In this document: positions 55,799-64,000 of the stretch, in pieces
Layout: each line of letters begins with the position of its first letter
Numbering within the stretch: the first letter of the stretch is position 1
From: Alphaproteobacteria bacterium
GTDB lineage: Bacteria > Pseudomonadota > Alphaproteobacteria > SP197
NCBI GenBank assembly: GCA_965228895.1
Contig: OZ245842.1
Coordinates: forward strand, 1-64,000
Direction: 5' to 3'
Length of the DNA stretch: 64,000 nt
Notes under the pieces: generated by a model
The model's database searches: none
The model's input: the letters and a program-made list of their open reading frames with translations, nothing else
What the model was told of the DNA's origin: nothing
Translations under genes and position numbers: made by a program

Positions 55799-56419
55799 TC
55801 AGTTCAACCCGTGCTGTTGCATCAGGGCAGCGATCTTCGGGCGCGCCGAAATGCGTTCGACCAGGGCGCCGACTTTGGGGTTCTCCTTCATCATGCGCGG
55901 GGCGTCATAGTGAAAGTTGGCTTGCAGCCAGAACAGAATGTCGGCCGCCGTAAACTGCTCGCCAAGCAACCAGGGGCCGTCGCCCATCTGGGTTTCGATC
56001 TCCGACCAGATCTTATCGGCGCGCTGCATCGCATTCGCCCGCACCTCGGCGATACCGGCCTCGGACTCGGCGTACCAGTCGGCGTGGTACTCCTGGGCTA
56101 CCAAGGGATGCACCATGGAGCCCAGATAGACCAGCCACTGATAGTAGGCGGCACGCGTGGGATCACCGACCGGCGGCGCCAGATTGGCGTCAGCGTGTTT
56201 ATCGGCCAGATGCATGGCAATCGCCGAACCTTCGTAGAGCACGAGGTCGTCGTCGACCAGGGTCGGCACCAGACCGTCGGGCCTGAGCGCCAGGTAGTCG
56301 GGATCGGTCACCGCGCCGTCTTCGGTCAGGGTGATGAGGTCATAGGGCGCGCCGATCTCGTCGAGCATCGCCTGGGGTACCATCGACATGGTGAAGGTCT
56401 TTCCATAAAGCGTATACAC
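55799..56419 (-). CDS. Glutathione S-transferase family protein
   Basis: YL...P.G.VPTL, E.SAI..HLAD, WLLGEQFTAADI; GTG start with GGAGG RBS. Confidence 0.9.
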   Translation of the reverse strand: MYTLYGKTFTMSMVPQAMLDEIGAPYDLITLTEDGAVTDPDYLALRPDGLVPTLVDDDLVLYEGSAIAMHLADKHADANLAPPVGDPTRAAYYQWLVYLGSMVHPLVAQEYHADWYAESEAGIAEVRANAMQRADKIWSEIETQMGDGPWLLGEQFTAADILFWLQANFHYDAPRMMKENPKVGALVERISARPKIAALMQQHGLN

Positions 56420-56544
56420 GTGCGTTTTCCTCCGGCTGTCCGATCCCATGCCAAGGTTTCCGTCTTAGCCTGCCCGCCCGCCTTGCGGTAGCCCGTTCGG
56501 CCCGGCCTCGTCGTAAACGAGACTGCACCAGCAATTCTTGGTGT

Positions 56545-57660
56545 CTAGCCGCGAAGGGTGAAACCGCGCACCGCTGCTTCGTCAATCTCGATACCCAGGC
56601 CTGGCGCCATAGGCACCGCGATCATGCCGTCCGCATCGGGGCGTGGCGGGTTGCGTGAAATGGCGTCGCGGATGGGGTTGTGGTTGCCGGGGGTCTCGCA
56701 GAGATCGATGGTGTCGACAGTGGCCAGGAAGTGCAGCGAGGCCGCGAGATTGATATCGAGGACGTAGTGGTGGTTGACGATGGCGATGCCCTGCCTGTTG
56801 GCTGCCGCGGCAATCTCCATCGCCGGTGTCAGGCCGACTTGGGTCAATTCGATCTGCAGGACGTCGACGGCGTGCGCGTCGATCAGCCGATTGAGCTCAC
56901 CGGCCGTCGCGGCCATTTCGCCGGCGGTGATCTTCAGATCGCTTTCCCGGCGCAGGCGCGCGTATCCCCCGACGTCATAGGCCCGCAGGGATTCCTCGAA
57001 CCAATAGATGTCATAGGGCGCGAACCGTCGGGTCCGCTCGAGCGCCGTGTCGACATCCCAATACATGCCGCAGTCGATCAAGAGTTTGATGTCGGGACCG
57101 ATTGCCTGGCGCAACGCCCGGACGACCGCTTCGTCATCGTCGGCGCCGTTGCCTTTTGGCAGCCAGCCGAACTTGACCGCCTTGAAGCCGCGCTCGACCA
57201 GTGCACTGGCAAAGCCTGCCGTCTCGTCGAGACTTTCGCCCACGGTATGGGTGGCGTAGCAGGCAACGCGGTTGCGCCGCGCGCCGCCCAACAATGCGTG
57301 GACCGGCTTGCCGCTCGCCTTGCCCTTGATATCCCACAGTGCCAGATCGATGGCCGCCATGGCATGCATGGCAACGCCGTCGCGGCCGAGCAGGATGGTG
57401 CCTTCGGCCATGCGGTGCCACAGAGCCTCGGTGTCCAGCGCATCCTCACCGATCAGAAGGGCTTTCAGGCCGCTGCGCCGGTCACTGGTGTAGCCGGCCT
57501 CGATGATCATTCGAATGATGTCAGGCGCGGTAAACGCCTCACCCCAACCAGTGATGCCCTCGTCGGTCTCGACCTTCACCAAGAGATGCCCGCCGGATGC
57601 GGCGACCGAGCGACCGTCGTTGGCGCGAAGAATAAAGGTCGTCACGTCGGTGATATGCAT
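56545..57660 (-). CDS. Mandelate racemase/muconate lactonizing enzyme (enolase superfamily)
   Basis: TDEGITGWGE, AIDLALWDIKGK..PV..LLGG, KAVK, D/E/E metal ligands (LIDC, WFEE, AGE), PGLG. Confidence 0.92.
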   Translation of the reverse strand: MHITDVTTFILRANDGRSVAASGGHLLVKVETDEGITGWGEAFTAPDIIRMIIEAGYTSDRRSGLKALLIGEDALDTEALWHRMAEGTILLGRDGVAMHAMAAIDLALWDIKGKASGKPVHALLGGARRNRVACYATHTVGESLDETAGFASALVERGFKAVKFGWLPKGNGADDDEAVVRALRQAIGPDIKLLIDCGMYWDVDTALERTRRFAPYDIYWFEESLRAYDVGGYARLRRESDLKITAGEMAATAGELNRLIDAHAVDVLQIELTQVGLTPAMEIAAAANRQGIAIVNHHYVLDINLAASLHFLATVDTIDLCETPGNHNPIRDAISRNPPRPDADGMIAVPMAPGLGIEIDEAAVRGFTLRG

Positions 57661-57774
57661 GGTCGGTCTTTTCCCCGGTTCGCGCCGGGCATAGTGGTGT
57701 GCCCAGAGGGGCGCAGGCAAGGTGCTTGCGCACAAGGCGATGACGGCTAGTCTCCGACCAAACGGAGGAACGCC

Positions 57775-58677
57775 ATGCCCCAGATCGATGCCAACGGCAT
57801 CTCGCTTTACGTCGAAACCCACGGTGACCCGGACGGCACGCCGCTCATGCTGGTGCGCGGTCTGGGCAGCCAGATTGTGCATTGGCCGCGCGCCTTCATA
57901 GACGGTTTCGTCGACAACGGTTTTTTCGTCATGACCCACGATAACCGCGACGCCGGCCTGAGCCAGTCGTTCGATGACTGGGGAACAATCGACGAAGCCG
58001 ATGTGCAGCGCCGGCTCGACGCCGGCGAGCCACTCGACCTGCCCTATACGCTGGAGGACATGGCGGCCGATGCCATCGGCGTGCTCGACCACTTCAAGAC
58101 CGCGCGTGCGCATGTGGTCGGGATCTCCATGGGCGGCATGATCGCCCAGCTCACAGCCGTTCACTATCCCGACCGGCTGATCTCCATGACCTCGATCATG
58201 TCGTCATCCGGCAACCCGGCAATTCCGCTCGGCACGCCGGAGGCGCGTGCACTTTTGCTGGAGCAGCCGGACGATGCGAACGACCGCGACAGCGTGATCG
58301 CCTTCACGTTGAAAGCCGACCGCGTGTGGGGCAGTCCCGGCTATCCGTTCGACGAAGCCGAGCGCGCTGATCTGATCGGGCGTGCCTACGACCGATGTTG
58401 GACGCCGGAAGGGGTCAAGCGGCAATGGGCGGCTGCGCGCGGCAACGGCAGCCGGGTCGAACGGCTGAAGACCATCACTGTGCCGAGCCTTGTCATCCAC
58501 GGCCTCGACGACAGTCTGGTTCAAGCCGAACACGGCCGTGATACCGCCGCCCATATTCCTGATGCCGAGCTGGTCGAGATAGCGGGCATGGGTCACGATC
58601 TTGAAGGCGATCTGTCACCGATCATTGTCGAGCATGTCACGCGCCACGCGCGTGCCGCCGAGGCGGCGGCGCCCTAG
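57775..58677 (+). CDS. Alpha/beta fold hydrolase
   Basis: DNRDAGLS, GISMGG, IHG.DD.L, GMGH; GGAGG RBS. Confidence 0.92.
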   Translation: MPQIDANGISLYVETHGDPDGTPLMLVRGLGSQIVHWPRAFIDGFVDNGFFVMTHDNRDAGLSQSFDDWGTIDEADVQRRLDAGEPLDLPYTLEDMAADAIGVLDHFKTARAHVVGISMGGMIAQLTAVHYPDRLISMTSIMSSSGNPAIPLGTPEARALLLEQPDDANDRDSVIAFTLKADRVWGSPGYPFDEAERADLIGRAYDRCWTPEGVKRQWAAARGNGSRVERLKTITVPSLVIHGLDDSLVQAEHGRDTAAHIPDAELVEIAGMGHDLEGDLSPIIVEHVTRHARAAEAAAP

Positions 58678-58911
58678 GGCCAGGACCAGGTTGAGCCACG
58701 CGATGAGATCACGTTGTTCGTCGCTCGCTGGGTCGTCGCCGGGGTCGACCGCGGCCGGGCCGTTCCCGAATAGCCGGTCTTTACTTCAAGCTTTGGTCTC
58801 GTCCGCACACGGCGCGTCATCGCGCAACGACCGCCTATTCAGTAGAAGTCAGCACCGGGCGCCGATGCGTCCCATCCATGTCCAAGAACCGAACGAGGAC
58901 ATGTTCGATCC

Positions 58912-60390
58912 CTAATAGTCATCTCCGTTCAGACTCTTGATAACCGACGCCTGCCATTCCTCCAGGTTGCCCAGTAACCTCGAGGCGATTTCCTCCCTTT
59001 CCTCAACCAGGTTGGTTGTTTCCAGGGGATCTTCCTCCAGATTGTACAACTCCATGTTCGGTTCACGGGGCCACACAACATCATACCAAGCCGACTGCTC
59101 TATTCTGTGTAACTTCCATGGCCAATCCAAAATCGCAGCGTGGCCTTCAAAAAAGTCTTCTTCATATTTTTTTTGGATGACGCCCGCATCGAGGTACAGG
59201 AAGTCTTCCAAGTTCTCGCTCACATTATTGTCTCTCGCCACCGACATGATCTCGTCGCTGTTCATTCGGATTCCTGGAACGTCGTAGAACTTCCAGAACT
59301 TTAGCGAGGGCGGCGAGCCGGCGTTTTGATGATTTATGCTGTCCAGCAGCGAGATGCCGTCCAAGGGGCGAGACTGGGGGTATGCAATATCTGCGGCATC
59401 AAGAAGTGTCGGCAAAACATCTGATGTGCTAGCGGGGGTTTCAATGACTTGTGGATGTGGGAATCCTTTTGGCCATTCAAGTACGGATGGGACCCTTATG
59501 CCCCCCTCATAGATGCTTCCTTTGCTCTCCCGGCCTCCGTTCAATCCGATGTCGGGCAGTCCGCCATTATCTCCAAGATACCAAACAATCGTGTTCTCCT
59601 TTAGCGAGCTATCTTCAAGATAGGCGCGCAATGTTCCGACCGTCCTGTCTATCGCTGTTGTTTCTGCATAAAAATTCGCCACGTCATCGGGGAACTCTGA
59701 ATACAAGAGTCTATCCTCGTCTTTGGCAAGATGCGGCTTATGCGGATTTCCAAACCAAATGGCGATGAAAAACGGCTCATCTTTTTCCTCTCGGCTTTCT
59801 AAGAAATCGATGGCCAGATCAACAATGATTTCCGAGCCTTCTCCATTGGTTTCCACGACTTCGCCTTTGTGGCTAAGCAGCGGAGAAAAGTCGAAAAAGT
59901 TGGGTGCTGAAATCCACTCCTGGAATCCAGACGCGCCCGGATTAACGGGACTCTCTGACAACACCGATCCGACGTGCCACTTTCCGAAGTGAGCGGTCGT
60001 GTACCCGTGCTCGCTCAATACTTCGGGGAGCGTAAGTTCTTGGGGTCTAAGGGAGTGACCCCAGGTAAAAGCGCCCATACGGTTCGGATGCCGGCCCGTT
60101 AACAGACTTGCTCTTGTTGGGGTGCAGACATGTCCGGCGGCATAAAACCGATCAAAACGCACGCCTTCAGATGCCATCACATCCAGGTTTGGAGTCTGCA
60201 ATACCGGATGGCCGTTGTACCCAACATCGCCCCACCCCTGATCATCGGACAAGAGCACAATGATGTTGGGTCTCTCGGAAAACTCGTCAGCATTGAGTGA
60301 ATTCACGCATGACAAAAGTACGAGGACAAATACCACTCGTGCCGAGTTTCGGATCAAGAATGACGACATTCTTAACATCGCGCGCTCCAT
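58912..60390 (-). CDS. Exported Cys-type arylsulfatase-like enzyme, low GC
   Basis: Signal peptide, PNII...DD.GWGD, CTPTRASLLTGR, GKWH, PH.PH, DNG, KG.IYEGG.RVP, ELYNL..DP.E. Confidence 0.9.
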   Translation of the reverse strand: MERAMLRMSSFLIRNSARVVFVLVLLSCVNSLNADEFSERPNIIVLLSDDQGWGDVGYNGHPVLQTPNLDVMASEGVRFDRFYAAGHVCTPTRASLLTGRHPNRMGAFTWGHSLRPQELTLPEVLSEHGYTTAHFGKWHVGSVLSESPVNPGASGFQEWISAPNFFDFSPLLSHKGEVVETNGEGSEIIVDLAIDFLESREEKDEPFFIAIWFGNPHKPHLAKDEDRLLYSEFPDDVANFYAETTAIDRTVGTLRAYLEDSSLKENTIVWYLGDNGGLPDIGLNGGRESKGSIYEGGIRVPSVLEWPKGFPHPQVIETPASTSDVLPTLLDAADIAYPQSRPLDGISLLDSINHQNAGSPPSLKFWKFYDVPGIRMNSDEIMSVARDNNVSENLEDFLYLDAGVIQKKYEEDFFEGHAAILDWPWKLHRIEQSAWYDVVWPREPNMELYNLEEDPLETTNLVEEREEIASRLLGNLEEWQASVIKSLNGDDY

Positions 60391-60821
60391 TAGGGGGAGT
60401 TATCGAACTGCCTGACAGATAACAATCTACAATTGAATGTAGACTGTGGCTTGCAGGCAAAGCAAGATCGTTGCGGCGATACACGCAACCCTTGACCGCC
60501 TCTCTACGGGTTTGTTGAAACTCGAAGGCGACTTTCTTGCTTTCATGGCAGCATATGCGCGAGCGCCGTCATGACAGCGCGGGGACGGAATCCAAGGCGG
60601 GGTACCTAAATCCGTGCCCGGACGGCCCACCGTGGCCTCCTGACGCCTTCGCTAGAGCCTTTGCCGCTCTCTCGCTGCGTGAACATGACCCGTTCTCGGC
60701 TCCAAGACCTGCGGCTCAGCACCTCGCGGACAGGAGGATGGAGGGCGACCAACATGCCCAATTGTCTAGAGTGGTCCGCCCTGTCGGCGAAGCGGCAGTG
60801 GCGCGCGAGAGGAGTCGCCGG

Positions 60822-61727
60822 CTAGCTGGCCTTCGCCTCGGCCACCACCCAATCACGAAAGGCGCGAACATTCGCGCGCTCCAGCGCGGCCGGCAGGCAA
60901 ACGAAATGCACCTTGAAGTCGAGCGGCAGGCTGATGTCGAACGGGCGGACGAGCCGGCCCGCGGTCATGTCGTCGCCCGCCGTTGAGTCGGTTGCCAGCG
61001 CAACGCCGCGGCCCATGATGGCGGCCTCAACAACCAGGCCGGCGCTATCAAAGTGAGGCCCGCGCTTGGCGTCGACATTGGTGACGCCGGCGGCTCTAAG
61101 CCACATTTCCCAATCCAGCGCCGGCCCGCCAACTGCCCAGCTGTCGTCGTGCAGCAACGTGTGGTGTTTTAGGTCGCCGGGCTCGTGAAGCGGGTGATCG
61201 CCGGTCAAGAACGCGGGGCTGCACACCGGAAAGAGATCGCTCTCCAGTAGAACCTCGGCGTGAAGTCCCGGGTAAGGACCGCGGCCATAACGCAAAGCCA
61301 CGTCGACTCCATCCTTGGCGAAGTCGACCACCAGGTTGTTGGCGGAGATGTGCACATCGATCTCAGGATGAGCGTCCTGAAATCTACTGAGACGCGGTAA
61401 CAGCCACTTGGCTGCCACCGAAGGCGAAGCGCTCAAGATGAGCGCATGAGGGTCGTCGTCGGCGCCTAAACGCGTCATCGCGCGGTCAAGCGCGGCAAAG
61501 CCCTCGCTGACATCGGGCAGGATAAGGCGCCCGGCATCGGACAGGGTGAGGTTGCGGTTGTTGCGGATGAACAGCTGGCAATCCCACCGTTCCTCCAGCC
61601 CTTTGATCTGATGGCTGATCGCTGCCGGGGTGACGTGGAGTTCTTGCGCTGCCTTGCTGAAGCTCAGATGGCGCGCTGCCGCCTCAAACGCCCTGAGCGC
61701 GTTCAGCGGCAGTTGGGCAATCGTCAT
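60822..61727 (-). CDS. LysR family regulator (GcvA-like)
   Basis: LPLNALRAFEAAARHLSF..AA.EL.VT.AAISHQIK.LE, WLLPRL..F...HP. Confidence 0.93.
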   Translation of the reverse strand: MTIAQLPLNALRAFEAAARHLSFSKAAQELHVTPAAISHQIKGLEERWDCQLFIRNNRNLTLSDAGRLILPDVSEGFAALDRAMTRLGADDDPHALILSASPSVAAKWLLPRLSRFQDAHPEIDVHISANNLVVDFAKDGVDVALRYGRGPYPGLHAEVLLESDLFPVCSPAFLTGDHPLHEPGDLKHHTLLHDDSWAVGGPALDWEMWLRAAGVTNVDAKRGPHFDSAGLVVEAAIMGRGVALATDSTAGDDMTAGRLVRPFDISLPLDFKVHFVCLPAALERANVRAFRDWVVAEAKAS

Positions 61728-61743
61728 GACAATCCTGACCGCG

Positions 61744-61785
61744 TTAGATTTCCTAAAGCATAGGCTGAGAACAAATCGTTCGTCC
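61744..61785 (+). promoter_or_regulatory. LysR operator (T-N11-A) plus downstream site
   Basis: TTAGATTTCCTAA-N9-TGAGAACAAATCGTT. Confidence 0.6.
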
Positions 61786-61859
61786 AAGCTGCTCAAGAAC
61801 CCTATTTCTGGTGACGAGCGCCGACGCCGCGGCATCTTGACCGGAAAAGGAAAAATAAC

Positions 61860-62228
61860 ATGGATACGTCATTGGATCGAGATCTGTTGCGTCACGTTTC
61901 AGGTCCGGCCCCCCTGGGCGGCGAGCCGGTTTTGCGTTACGACGGTCCACGCCCAAGCGGTCAGCGATTTGGCGTTGGTCCGCGGATTGCGGATCTGGCG
62001 CGGCGTCTGTGGCGCGCCATCCGGGTTGCCCAGGAAACCAGGGCGACGGCGCGAGCGCTAGCGGTTCTCGACAACCGGGCCCTCAGCGATATCGGCGTTA
62101 GCCGAGGCTCGATTCCCGCGGTCGCGCAACAGGCGGCCTCAGCCCATCTGGCGGTCGCAGGCTTGGCGTGGACATCGGCTGGCAGCGCGCGTGCGGAGAA
62201 CGACAACCGGGCGCATCGCGCCGCGTAG
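61860..62228 (+). CDS. DUF1127 domain-containing protein
   Basis: T.RAL..LD.RALSDIGVSR..I core; divergent from the LysR; AAGGA RBS. Confidence 0.85.
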   Translation: MDTSLDRDLLRHVSGPAPLGGEPVLRYDGPRPSGQRFGVGPRIADLARRLWRAIRVAQETRATARALAVLDNRALSDIGVSRGSIPAVAQQAASAHLAVAGLAWTSAGSARAENDNRAHRAA

Positions 62229-62242
62229 GGCTGGTCGAGCCA

Positions 62243-62306
62243 CTAGAGCGGGTCGTGGTCAGGTGGAACCGCGCCGGTTCCACCTGACCACGTGAACTTG
62301 CTCTAG
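62243..62306. repeat. Single 64-bp TAGAGC hairpin module
   Basis: CTAGAGCGGGTC-GTGGTCAGGTGGAACC-GCGCC-GGTTCCACCTGACCAC-GTGAACTTGCTCTAG; right CTAG contains the LysR stop. Confidence 0.85.
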
Positions 62307-63211
62307 ATGGCCAAGGCGTCGCTTGCGGCCTCGGCTTCGTTCATCAACCAGCTTCGAAATGCCGCGACTTTGGGTTTGCGTAGCGCGCCCTTGGGGTAGA
62401 CGAGATAGTGCGACAGGTTCTCGTCGGTCAGGTCGCCAAACGGCATGACCAGGCGGCCGTCATCAAGATCGTCCTGAACGATGACACGGCTGCCCAGCGC
62501 GACACCCAGACCGGCCGCCGCCGCTTCGAGCGCCTGATCGTGGGTGTCGAAGAAAAGCCCTTTCTTGCTGTCGACGCCTTTGACGTGGAGCGCGGTCAGC
62601 CAGAAGCGCCAGTCCTCGTCGTCGCCGTCATGCAGCAATGAAAAGTTGCGCAGATCCTCCGGGCGCTCCAGGGGCGTTTCGCCGCGCATCATCGATGGGC
62701 TGCAGACCGCGACATAACGATCCTCGAACAGCTTGTCACATTCCAGATCGCTCCACTGGCCTTTGCCGTAACGAATGCCGAGATCGACGTCCTCGCGGGC
62801 GAAGTCGACGCTGCGCTCGGTCGTGGCAATGCGCACCTCGATGTCGGGATGAGCTTTCTGAAAACTGCCAAGGCGAGGAATGAACCAGCGCACGGCGAAG
62901 GTCGGCAGCATGGTGACCGACAGCGGGCCATGGGCCTCATGGTTCTGCACGAGATCGGTGCCGTCGGCGATCAGGTCAAAGGCTTGGCGCAAGAACGGCA
63001 GATAGAGCTCACCTTCATCGGTTAGCCAAAGACCGCGGCCGTGGCGCTCGAACAAACGAAGCTGAAGCCGGTCCTCAAGCGCCTTGACCTGATGGCTGAC
63101 GGCGGCCTGCGTGACGCTCAGTTCCTCGGCGGCGCGGGTAAAGCTCTGATGGCGTGCGGCGGCCTCGAAGGCGCGCAACGCGTTCAGGGGCGGCAGTTTT
63201 CGAGCGGTCAT
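62303..63211 (-). CDS. LysR family regulator (GcvA-like)
   Basis: RKLPPLNALRAFEAAARHQSFTRAAEELSVTQAAVSHQVK.LE. Confidence 0.93.
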   Translation of the reverse strand: MTARKLPPLNALRAFEAAARHQSFTRAAEELSVTQAAVSHQVKALEDRLQLRLFERHGRGLWLTDEGELYLPFLRQAFDLIADGTDLVQNHEAHGPLSVTMLPTFAVRWFIPRLGSFQKAHPDIEVRIATTERSVDFAREDVDLGIRYGKGQWSDLECDKLFEDRYVAVCSPSMMRGETPLERPEDLRNFSLLHDGDDEDWRFWLTALHVKGVDSKKGLFFDTHDQALEAAAAGLGVALGSRVIVQDDLDDGRLVMPFGDLTDENLSHYLVYPKGALRKPKVAAFRSWLMNEAEAASDALAI

Positions 63212-63218
63212 GGTCGAA

Positions 63219-63260
63219 TAAGATTTCCTAATGTCTCCTGTGAGCAGATGTCGTTTGCCG
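63219..63260 (+). promoter_or_regulatory. LysR operator (T-N11-A) plus downstream site
   Basis: TAAGATTTCCTAA-N9-TGAGCAGATGTCGTT, same architecture as 61744. Confidence 0.6.
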
Positions 63261-63361
63261 CGGCGCCGCTGTCAACCTATTTTTCCCATCAGACAAGAGA
63301 TCGAGCCGGCTCACCCGGCCGCCGCAGCCGCCGCGAAGGCAGCGTTTTGATAAGGAGAAGT

Positions 63362-63499
63362 ATGATGGTTATCCGCAACAACACAACCAAACAGCGTATC
63401 AATGAGGCCGGCCGCGACCAGCGCCGCGTCAAGATCAGCAACCAGACCATGTCGCCCTTCGGTGGTGTGTTCAACGCGCTGAGGCCTCTGATCCAATAA
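63362..63499 (+). CDS. Hypothetical 45-aa small protein
   Basis: Strong RBS TAAGGAG at 63351-63357; MMVIRNNTTKQRINEAGRDQRRVKISNQTMSPFGGVFNALRPLIQ*; divergent from the LysR. Confidence 0.55.
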   Translation: MMVIRNNTTKQRINEAGRDQRRVKISNQTMSPFGGVFNALRPLIQ

Positions 63500-63729
63500 G
63501 CCATAGGGCCCCCGACCGGGGCGGGCGCGGATTGCGGCGGCGGCCGCCCGAACCGGTCAAGGCCTTGCAAGGGCGGGATTGTCAGAAATGGCAATCCCGC
63601 CTTTTCTTTGCGCGGTTCGATGTCCGCCCATCCGGTCACCACGCGAACCAATTCAAACAAGGCCGGATCTGATTTAGGTTGGTCGGGTTCCACGCTTACC
63701 AACACGACGCCGGACCGGGGGCGCCTTCG

Positions 63730-64000
63730 TTGACGGTCAAGACACCAAAAGGGCCTGCCGTCCTCGGATCGAGCCGGGTGTGGCCGGCGACGTTGTTCGC
63801 ACTGGCCCTGGGCAGTCTTGGGGGCGCGGTGTTCTGGCGTCTCGACCTGCCGCTGGCCTGGATGCTGGGCGCCATGGTGATCGTGACCATTGCCGCCCTG
63901 GTCCGTGCGCCAGTCCATCTGCCGCTTAGCCTGCGCACGGCCATGATGGCGGTGCTCGGTGTCATGCTGGGCAGTTCGTTCTCGCCCGAGATTCTGGGCA
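63730..64000 (+). CDS. Membrane AbrB family protein, 5' part only
   Basis: Manual translation ...ALGSLGGAVFWRLDLPLAWMLGAM...MAVLGVMLGSSFSPE; the P..W.LG.M and G..LG..F motifs are typical; start (TTG 63730) uncertain. Confidence 0.8.
   Translation, partial: MTVKTPKGPAVLGSSRVWPATLFALALGSLGGAVFWRLDLPLAWMLGAMVIVTIAALVRAPVHLPLSLRTAMMAVLGVMLGSSFSPEILG

Noticed and set aside
775-58164. Many long antisense or alternate-frame ORFs (e.g. 775-2160, 18698-20092, 25404-27038, 29420-30829, 46205-47278, 50686-51804)
   Set aside because: They shadow motif-bearing genes on the opposite strand; expected from high-GC codon bias; no recognisable motifs.
59167-59174. T8 run in the low-GC sulfatase as a phase-variation tract
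   Set aside because: Short, frame intact and unremarkable in AT-richer DNA.
62229-62302. Cuckoo/CcsR-type sRNAs downstream of the DUF1127 gene
   Set aside because: No CCTCCTCCC loops; the space is taken by the TAGAGC hairpin module.
63289-63918. 209-aa minus-strand ORF
   Set aside because: Overlaps the AbrB-family gene and the RBS-supported small ORF on the plus strand; no motifs.

Overview
GC-rich (about 65% by eye) bacterial chromosomal segment, most likely from an alphaproteobacterium (inferred from GcvA-type LysRs with a DUF1127 gene, a double-CSD cold-shock protein, an Arg-rich-N-terminus MttB homolog and Tat-exported solute-binding proteins). It holds about 59 densely packed CDSs, mostly accessory catabolism and uptake of nitrogenous or sulfated organics. 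These include eight amide/peptide hydrolase families, three Fe(II)/2OG dioxygenases, an LLM monooxygenase/flavin reductase cluster, a lone Mo-hydroxylase large subunit, five ABC solute-binding proteins with no permeases or ATPases in the window, two sulfatases (one low-GC), two class III nucleotide cyclases and many regulators. I saw no rRNA, tRNA, CRISPR array, transposase or integrase. The most notable non-coding signal is a dispersed ~64-bp hairpin module, TAGAGC(A/G)GATC-arm-loop-arm'-GTGAATC(T/C)GCTCTA, at five loci. Its stems show compensatory changes between copies, and at four loci its terminal TAG is the stop codon of the neighbouring gene. Also notable: two back-to-back LysR/divergent small-gene modules sharing an operator (one with an unrecognised 45-aa ORF), a tandem SBP duplication that includes promoter and terminator, 31-bp-phased sites near a double-domain Lrp, and a MarR-type palindrome pair. 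All product calls rest on motif recognition by eye; no database search was run.
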